Below are positions 58,501 through 64,000 of a stretch of 64,000 nucleotides of DNA, piece by piece (positions within the stretch are counted from its first letter, which is position 1; each line of letters starts with the position of its first letter). Where the stretch lies: the IMG/VR virus record IMGVR_UViG_3300024327_000658; one strand, 5' to 3'. The notes under the pieces are model-generated. The model ran no database searches and had not been told where the DNA came from. It was given only the letters and a program-made list of their open reading frames with translations. Source of the DNA: an uncultured virus (IMG/VR IMGVR_UViG_3300024327_000658) (taxonomy: Duplodnaviria; Heunggongvirae; Uroviricota; Caudoviricetes). Position numbers and translations under genes: made by a program.

Positions 58501-59370
58501 ATCAGTCGTTGTTGATATACTTACTATCCCCGATCTATTATCTTTTGTGTTAATGGCAAACGTAACACCGGACGAATTTATTGTCTTACCCGATTCGAAA
58601 TACTCTTTTGTTGATAACACCAGTTCAATTTTGTATCTATTTGCCCCAGGTGCAGTATAATTAGGAGTCCCTATCGCATTATCTAAAAGCGAGGAATCTT
58701 CAATACTGGAAATGATATTTTCTACAATCGTTAATCCTATTCTTATGGAAGGATTGTCATTTTCAATATCTAAAATGAGATTTTGAAAAGGAGTTCGTAC
58801 AAAATAACCACCAATATAAAATAATCCCTCATTAATACTAATAACAGAACCCGCACCAGAAGCCAGAGATGTAATATCTGTCGATTCATCCAATCCATCA
58901 GCACTTCCGGCCACAGTCGCAAAAAAGACTGTTCCTGCATCAACTGTAGAAATCGTTTCATTGTCTAAAAATGCAATATTGTCAACATAATTTATCATTA
59001 AAACGTCTAAATTGTCAGTCGAAAACTGTTTACTGGTTACGACTTCTGCTTTTGCACCAGATGTTTGACCTTGAATAATTCTACCGTTAAAATTAGAGGA
59101 TATAATAGCAACACCAGAATATAATGGAGTCAATTTTAAAGAATTGATTTTATTATTTAAAATTAACTCTGCGCCCAAAATTTTAGAACCATCTTGATAG
59201 ATACTATCTCCTACTTTCTCTAATTGAGTTTGCAGAATAGACTGTATCTGATTTAATTCTCTCGCCTGTACAGAATAGCCAGGCCGATATAGTATTTTAT
59301 GAAAATTAGTTGATTCATCAAAATCATCATAATAAGGTGATATGTTAAAATCTTGTGTTAATTTAGGCAT
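52507..59370 (-). CDS. Large virion structural protein (DUF4815/VrlC-like baseplate-associated)
   Basis: PYYDDFD...YRPGYSVQARELNQIQSILQ, APGANRYKI, RFTMRDVGKLERRIENLEYY, RFKNGILVDPF; follows gp8. Confidence 0.85.
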   Translation of the reverse strand: MPKLTQDFNISPYYDDFDESTNFHKILYRPGYSVQARELNQIQSILQTQLEKVGDSIYQDGSKILGAELILNNKINSLKLTPLYSGVAIISSNFNGRIIQGQTSGAKAEVVTSKQFSTDNLDVLMINYVDNIAFLDNETISTVDAGTVFFATVAGSADGLDESTDITSLASGAGSVISINEGLFYIGGYFVRTPFQNLILDIENDNPSIRIGLTIVENIISSIEDSSLLDNAIGTPNYTAPGANRYKIELVLSTKEYFESGKTINSSGVTFAINTKDNRSGIVSISTTTDHNLSIGDVVVVSGISELEYNGKHTISAIGSTTEFSYLIQGSPSTPATGTPVYITGVIDPIARSSDINFIELLRLENGEKIEEIKFPIMGNLEKVLARRTFDASGDFTVKPFVLDVIDHKIGGTASDRTSTNASSIITANGSNFIADVNVGDTIFFSGNTGKTAEVAAIGNTTSLTLTTGTVLGDGGINQRIGVSSKITAELSPGKAYIKGFEHETLFPTYVNLNKARDTETVSAEKQGIEFGPYAVVTDVISNTAFTLGVNSASINSMSGGTGADLMDLHLVKWPSTTQLHGTVTSNGISFISNGAFKYVGIDTTTAASVANTKIGTVRLRQLDFKSGRSSTVTSEYGYGADANGTYHIKYPAIYDAHLFDFIFNKTEGTVSAADANTFQIKLPTTGAFSYPTVNCLFGSTITVNTAYLGVNTSDTREIIVWTGASTTLTPATAYTAVLNSELTQPTQATTTYSLNFGVKDISSIVTTTAGTPTVIDNAMNIDISGKNDITETGNTVLFDNNEDQRSLVFPFQNKTLAGLSKASYKLKRSFTTTLTGNTVTLTASEPGELFYPATGAGAISPSIIDSNYLVFCTEASLGNKEGDYIEFSNASGTSVGTNRSMTLNETGDQLIMNVDGGAGSSNYSNKNIYVYATMMFKGAGATRSNDGIGTKTLVSGNVTVANITSSSTNTVQADSGQIYFGTSINAQPSVTNSLKISDIKNLVAIVSSLDEDVEVTNAMISEAMSNTANAHNISSSFIFDNGQKDNYYDYGTITLKTGEQKPSGQVIAIVDYYNHTGYGPFTVDSYMYAGSGNTLYDNIPSYTSPTTGTKVELRDMIDFRPKRIGYETSDGTSSQINDITATSNVFNEKAMPDYDYTFNADYEYYISRKDKIVLNRDKTFDVIEGVSDKFSQLPPDNEDSMTLYNLEIPAYTFNAEDVKLNYVENKRFTMRDVGKLERRIENLEYYVSLSLLEKEADGLIITDSNNNDRFKNGILVDPFAGHSVGDVFNKDYSMSIDYDKRQLRPSFSSDLYPLNFNANSEGGTAFSTLVNNSGILTLPFSSNTFIQMPLTGTNDGKNVQKTFQINPFSVQNYIGQMKLDPYGDVWYDQSSLVQVKVNVEGQYDNWTSSELTYNGHGTHWNDWEEIWSGTQINNNVKEGIRDTGDVRNNDRRAKTTDQTKTLTGLSTGSVPEKIIKSIGNKTVNLSIVPKVREQSITFIAKGLKPNKNVYAYFADSNMSANVKQASIVSLSNVSSSNVFRTTSGNFEQVTIQGSGVNASNTAKIIYMSDRNNQNNCTVLLTDMSAQTSFTIGTVIQGDRTQANGSISAISHYNFEDSQLTVSSEGVVGGVFNVPSGKFAGSQNLFRLTDDPDNIPAITTSVAEEIFHSAGVIDAKTDLGIVSPRPLISRRENIKEERITRSTSDGRQSTSTDYMNPMSQSFFIDKNQYSTGVFLDSVTLFFSGKDASQGIKSPVSLQIRPMINGMPSTSLIIPGSEVVLSPGRITANTNTPIANTSGGFPDGFLGNSYTANRSNTDRGTRTMFKFDHPIFLAPDEYSICVQTNSSAYKLYGFEYGAYHTGTSKKITKQPYVGSFFNPSNVGVWEELPDQGLMFQLNRCEFTSANAYARLDNFDVSSGNTSSNTTIDTFKLSTEITSFANTYTSFNYHATDLAGITKNVGVHFKENKNVDFKKQKQITYPQVANSSFTINVYFESANTLLSPILDETRTGVITIENLINNGSLSNSDIVVSDFGTGYYTAEVGSITSNVSSEGNTSVFVVSAPDIGSNTATIAANVHANGIINQVTVKHGGSGYISTPTITNWDINGTSSISDNVRRTTTAVVDIVGEGANNSVNIQPANVVSFSSGGNLKARYISRRVTLEEGFDAMDLKVYMDAYKPRGSNIYVYYKVLSGDDSESFDEKPWFLMEQKTASATYSLNENDFKRFEFKTIDEKIAYISATGGKYEKFRTFAIKLVMTLDRVAQDTFIGIPKLINLRAIALDSEGAP

Positions 59371-59373
59371 TCG

Positions 59374-61155
59374 TTAAAACTCCAATACAATCTTAAAATC
59401 TTCTACTTGATTTTGTAGTCTAGTAATTTTAGCTCTATTTTCAATATAAAGCACATCTCCACTATATAATTTCATTTCGGGTTGAATGACACCATCTGCT
59501 GAAATGGTTCCTGTTGAACTTGTGTTTGCACCAGTCACAACATTGCTGTCTTCAAAACTGCCCTTTACTTCATTTATTCTTAGTGTTGTAGTATTTAGAA
59601 AATCAACAACAACACCATTAGCTGTACTAGTTGCTAAAGTCGATCCCGTATAAACTTTTTCGTTTGGTTGAAAATCACCCGCAACGCTTCCTAAAAATAA
59701 AGTGGTAGATTGATCAGATAATGAATCTGTAAAAAACGCAAGAGTATTTGCAGTTTGTAGGGGGTCTCTCAATAAACCAACTTGTCTATAATCATTAGAT
59801 GTTGTAAATCTCCCCGATTCATTACCGGAAATGCGAGTATCAATCAAAATTCTATTTCCACCTAATTCTTCAATAGCATTTATTCCATGTCCACCAATTG
59901 GTCCAATAATAACTGTGGCATTTGCCCCTGCTCCATGACTCGAATTAGCATAAATAGTTGCTTCCGCTACTGTATAATTTAATCCTGATTGAGTAACAAC
60001 TATTTCAGTTACACCCAGTAACTCAGTTCCTCTCGCTCTCCCTTTAAACAATGATCCATCCCCATTTAATGTAATAGACGGAGTTACTTCATAACCGGAA
60101 ACAGTATTTGGTGTAACACTAAAAGCAGGTGAAACAGTTATTCTCTGAAGCAAGGCATCATACTGAGTGATAGTAGTTTGTTCACCCTGTCCCGCATTAT
60201 TTACTATAAAAATTGTTGAATTTACATATAGATCATTTAGTGTATTATTTGCACCCGATGATAATTGCATTACGGTGGAATTAGTTACACTTGCAAAAAA
60301 TCCAGTATCAAATTTATATGTTGATGCGGGCTCGACAGAAATTGTTGCTCTAGAATTAGAAGATTCCCCTAACACAATTTCACCAACAGTAAATTTCGTG
60401 TTTCCTGCACTAATATCATAAATTAAACTATTTGCCGCTGAAACAAAACTGATAAGAGATCCATATTGATTGGATGTTTGACCATGCAACACTTCACCAA
60501 TAATAAAATCTTGATCATCACCAGCTGAATTTATAGGACCAGCAGTAAATTCAGCGTTAAAATAACCATTCGCAGTTTTATTAATAATATCTATTTGCCC
60601 ATCAACAGTAGCATCTTCGATTGCGGATTGTCTAGCATCTATACTTTTTTGTACAGGAATATAATCAGCCGTTACAAATTTTAAAGTATCCTGAGACGTA
60701 ACTGTATACATGTATTTCCACTTATACCCATCGGCAATTTCAATAACCGCTGTACCAGTACCAGTTGGTTGAATTGTTGAAGTACCATTTGATAAATTAT
60801 TTTGTAAACACTTATATACATTTAAGTCTTCTGTGACAACATAAAAATTATTTGATAATTGGTCTGGATTTGTATGAGTATAAGCAGTATATGAAGTATT
60901 TGATTCCCAATTTATCCTTGCAATAACATGTTTAACATCTGCAGGAGTAACCTTTTTTGCGGCAATCATCTGATCCCAATAACTATATAAAGTGTTCGCT
61001 ACAGCTTCATTAGGTGCAGGTGGATTGGTTTCATCATCCCACTCCTGAACTTTTCCTATAAACAAATATAAATTTGTTGCTGAAGTTTCACTAAGAGACT
61101 CAATAAATTGCTCTGCGTTGTGTATTTTAAATTTTGTCGTTACTAGTCTAGCCAT
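59374..61155 (-). CDS. gp8: Baseplate wedge subunit (T4 gp8-like)
   Basis: YLFIGK..W, VYKCLQN, DGYKWKYMY, GGHG..A..ELG, YRQVGLLRDP, SGDVLYIENR...QVEDFKIVLEF. Confidence 0.9.
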   Translation of the reverse strand: MARLVTTKFKIHNAEQFIESLSETSATNLYLFIGKVQEWDDETNPPAPNEAVANTLYSYWDQMIAAKKVTPADVKHVIARINWESNTSYTAYTHTNPDQLSNNFYVVTEDLNVYKCLQNNLSNGTSTIQPTGTGTAVIEIADGYKWKYMYTVTSQDTLKFVTADYIPVQKSIDARQSAIEDATVDGQIDIINKTANGYFNAEFTAGPINSAGDDQDFIIGEVLHGQTSNQYGSLISFVSAANSLIYDISAGNTKFTVGEIVLGESSNSRATISVEPASTYKFDTGFFASVTNSTVMQLSSGANNTLNDLYVNSTIFIVNNAGQGEQTTITQYDALLQRITVSPAFSVTPNTVSGYEVTPSITLNGDGSLFKGRARGTELLGVTEIVVTQSGLNYTVAEATIYANSSHGAGANATVIIGPIGGHGINAIEELGGNRILIDTRISGNESGRFTTSNDYRQVGLLRDPLQTANTLAFFTDSLSDQSTTLFLGSVAGDFQPNEKVYTGSTLATSTANGVVVDFLNTTTLRINEVKGSFEDSNVVTGANTSSTGTISADGVIQPEMKLYSGDVLYIENRAKITRLQNQVEDFKIVLEF

Positions 61156-61160
61156 ATATG

Positions 61161-61168
61161 TATTTATA
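61161..61168 (-). promoter_or_regulatory. T4-type late promoter TATAAATA (gp8)
   Basis: Exact consensus 5 nt before the gp8 ATG. Confidence 0.75.
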
Positions 61169-61182
61169 TCAATAAAAAGTTT

Positions 61183-64000
61183 TTATGCTTGTATAAATTT
61201 AGATGTTTGATTATTAAATGTTGATAGTATTTCAAATTTAAAACTACCCTCGTTTGAGGTGTTTCCAGAGTATCCCGCATTAGCAGTACCAATTCCATCT
61301 TCAAGAAGCATCAGTCCCGTAGAACTTGAATTAATAGACAAATTCATGAAATTATTTGAACCATCATAAGGATTCGACAAAGATATTGTACCTTCGTTTC
61401 TTTCTAGATCAAAATTTCTTAAAGTATGTAAGGTTACAGTTTGGTCAGTTGTTCCATCACCTATTGCTCTATTTAAAGTTAAAGTTTGATCCGTTATTGA
61501 TAAAATTTTTGCTTTAAATAACTCATCAGAAGACACTGTAATAATATCATTTACCAATAAATCTTCACCAAAAACAGAATTTTGTCCTTCTAAATTAGTA
61601 TTTCCTGATAAAATACCATTCGTATTGGTTGTCCCTCTTACTGTAGATTCAAGCAAATTATAATGCAGTATATCATCATTATCGAATTTAGTAGACGTAG
61701 GATCGATATTATTTAAAACAAACTTATCACTATTTTCTGTAATAAAAAATTCACTTGATTCAGACATAAAATTAAAAGAAATATCCGTACTTATTGCAGT
61801 ATTTCCCACTAAACATGTAGAATTAATTATTTCAATTACTTCTGCAAGTTGCAAAGTTGATGATGGTTTAATCCTATCATTTATTCTAAAATCTGCCTGA
61901 AAATCTGTCGATATACCAAAAATCACATTTGATTTAATATATTGAAATGATGCAGTTGTAATTAGATCAGCATTTCGATATATACTATCTTCTAATGCAA
62001 TAATTGATACTCCATCTTCTTCCAATACAAGATCGCCTATCAAATCAGCAGAAGTTCCTTCTAAAATCATATTATATGTTGTTATATCAAGTAATGAAGT
62101 ATTACCAACTGTAGAATTTGCGTTGCTTGAAATGTCAAATTGACCATTACAAGAATGTAAAATTAATATATTATTATTTGATGCATCTAATTCATGTTTA
62201 AGCACAATCCCTGTTACCAATTCATTCGATGCGGCTCTTACTTGTGTAACTATACTATTTGATATAAAATTAGCACTAGCATTAAAATCATTTGGTATCG
62301 TTGTAGTTTGGGGATAAGTTGCACCCATTCCTATAATAGAAATAACATTTGTTGATGATGATGATATTGTTCCTGCTAAATAATTTTCTAATCTTAATTC
62401 TCCATAAGAAATTTCAAAAGATTGTTCATTGTCAATAATTACTTGGTCTCCCTCAGCATAGGTTAGTCCGAAATCAGTAGCTATTGGATTATTAAATGCT
62501 AATTTTACACTATCTTCTAATATAAGAATTCCTCCAGAATCTAGAGTCATATAAGCATTTACTGTTCCTTGTAATATATTAGATCCACCCGTTAAAGAAA
62601 TTAATCCTAAAGATAAATTTTGATTATTATTAAATATAATTTCATGTTTTGGATCGGAAGATTCTTCTAACAAAATATCATCATCATCTTCTTTTATCGC
62701 AAAATCTCCGCCTTCATATTTTAATTTATTATCAAAACCAACATTCAGTTCAACGAGTTCTGGTGTAAATTCTCCAAAAAGTTTTGTTCCCGTAGGATGT
62801 AATAATTTAAAAATTATTTCTTGATAGTCGTTGAGTTGTTTATTTACAATTAAAGAATAAGAATAGTCTTGATAAAAATCACTATCAATGAGTTTTTTAT
62901 TAGAACTTAATTGCCCATTTTCATCAAGATATATTCCCTCTTCTTTTCTCTGCGCACCAATTCTTGCAGTTAAAACCGCATTTTCTTCACCAAGACCAGG
63001 CAATGATACTTGAGGAGAAGATGTAAACCCAATTCCAGGATCTTGAATTATTATTGATTTAATAGAACCGCTACCAACATCAGCGGCAGAAACACCAATA
63101 ATTGCATTATTTCCTAAATCTCCCCCGGAAGAAAAAGCAACACCTGTATTTACAGTTGCAACCGCTCCCGATTTGGAACCAGTAATAATGTCATTTGAAG
63201 CAAAATCAACAGAAGAAAAAGCATATTCATCATCAACACTATGACCAAAAGGCAATGTAAATTTTACAGAAATATTTTCATCATATGTAATAGTTCCGGT
63301 TGCAGGAGTTACTGGAGAACCGTTTACAGTATACGTAAAAACAGTTGTATTTGCTAGTGCAATTGTTGCGTTCTTATTATATTCTAATTGATCTGCTCCT
63401 TTAATAGCAACTATTTGACCATCAACTAAACCATGTTTCCCATATGTGATCACTGTTGCGGTCGTACTGGAACGTGTAATGCTTGTTATACCAAAATTTA
63501 ATGTCTGATAACCACCCGTTATTTCTATTCCGCCTGATGAAGGATACCAATCACATGTTAAATTATTGTTAGCACTATTAAACAATTCTCTAGAATCAAT
63601 ACCCCGTCTATATTTTATTGTATTAATAAGGGATGATCCCCCAGAGACAAATCGTAAATGATATACTGATGGCTGTGAAGATGTTAAATAAGAAGAATTG
63701 TTTACAAGTATATCATTTCTTTGATCTGCAGGAATCTTTCGAGTTACTAGTTCATCTAGAAATTTTATAGTCTTTACTCTCATCCTAGAAGGATCGGCAA
63801 TACTAGATTGAGAAGTAACTTCGCCAAAAAATGTACCTATTTTATTTCCACTGTTTGAAGTAATTTTTTCTCCAGGAACAAAAAAATCTGTAATTGCAGT
63901 TGTTAAACTATGGTCATCAGGATCGGCATTTAAATTTAAAATTTGAACAGCCGCTTCTGTAAATTCTTCAGTGGTGGGCTCTACAATTGATATCGCAGGA
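61183..64000 (-). CDS. Baseplate wedge protein (gp7-like), C-terminal part; starts beyond the window
   Basis: DSDFYQDYSY...KLLHPTGTKLFGE motif. The frame has no stop from 63783 to 64000 (checked by hand), so the track start is internal. Confidence 0.8.
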   Translation of the reverse strand, partial: PAISIVEPTTEEFTEAAVQILNLNADPDDHSLTTAITDFFVPGEKITSNSGNKIGTFFGEVTSQSSIADPSRMRVKTIKFLDELVTRKIPADQRNDILVNNSSYLTSSQPSVYHLRFVSGGSSLINTIKYRRGIDSRELFNSANNNLTCDWYPSSGGIEITGGYQTLNFGITSITRSSTTATVITYGKHGLVDGQIVAIKGADQLEYNKNATIALANTTVFTYTVNGSPVTPATGTITYDENISVKFTLPFGHSVDDEYAFSSVDFASNDIITGSKSGAVATVNTGVAFSSGGDLGNNAIIGVSAADVGSGSIKSIIIQDPGIGFTSSPQVSLPGLGEENAVLTARIGAQRKEEGIYLDENGQLSSNKKLIDSDFYQDYSYSLIVNKQLNDYQEIIFKLLHPTGTKLFGEFTPELVELNVGFDNKLKYEGGDFAIKEDDDDILLEESSDPKHEIIFNNNQNLSLGLISLTGGSNILQGTVNAYMTLDSGGILILEDSVKLAFNNPIATDFGLTYAEGDQVIIDNEQSFEISYGELRLENYLAGTISSSSTNVISIIGMGATYPQTTTIPNDFNASANFISNSIVTQVRAASNELVTGIVLKHELDASNNNILILHSCNGQFDISSNANSTVGNTSLLDITTYNMILEGTSADLIGDLVLEEDGVSIIALEDSIYRNADLITTASFQYIKSNVIFGISTDFQADFRINDRIKPSSTLQLAEVIEIINSTCLVGNTAISTDISFNFMSESSEFFITENSDKFVLNNIDPTSTKFDNDDILHYNLLESTVRGTTNTNGILSGNTNLEGQNSVFGEDLLVNDIITVSSDELFKAKILSITDQTLTLNRAIGDGTTDQTVTLHTLRNFDLERNEGTISLSNPYDGSNNFMNLSINSSSTGLMLLEDGIGTANAGYSGNTSNEGSFKFEILSTFNNQTSKFIQA

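Noticed and set aside
1..64000. tRNA/rRNA genes and self-splicing introns or inteins in core genes
   Set aside because: Intergenic gaps are short and AT-rich with no cloverleaf seen, and gp17, gp20, gp23, gp46 and uvsW are uninterrupted and of normal size. This was not checked computationally.

Overview
An AT-rich 64 kb segment of a large T4-like (Tevenvirinae/Kyanoviridae-type) myovirus genome, almost all on the minus strand. In transcription order it carries the baseplate, neck and tail genes (gp7-like, gp8, a 2287-aa structural protein, gp13, gp14, gp15), terminase (gp16, gp17), sheath, tube and portal (gp18, gp19, gp20), head genes (gp21, gp22, gp23), gp3, uvsY, uvsW, gp55, gp47, gp46, peptide deformylase, an Asn-synthetase-like ATPase and a C5 DNA methyltransferase. 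Several TATAAATA late promoters are visible. The standout feature is a ~22 kb insertion between portal gp20 and the prohead genes. It begins with a collagen/Gly-X-X fibre protein, followed by a tightly coupled, co-oriented cluster that looks biosynthetic. One part has a protein with 13 Cys-rich heptads (CPC[N/D]CN[F/H]) next to three radical SAM enzymes. The other part has an ACP, an SDR, a type III polyketide synthase, AcpS, three membrane desaturases, three 2OG/Fe oxygenases of different families, a Rieske oxygenase and two SCEGH-motif paralogs. It looks like a phage-encoded hybrid of RiPP-like protein modification and lipid/polyketide synthesis, embedded in the late head operon. All calls come from motif recognition by eye; no database searches were run, and the host cannot be determined from this window.
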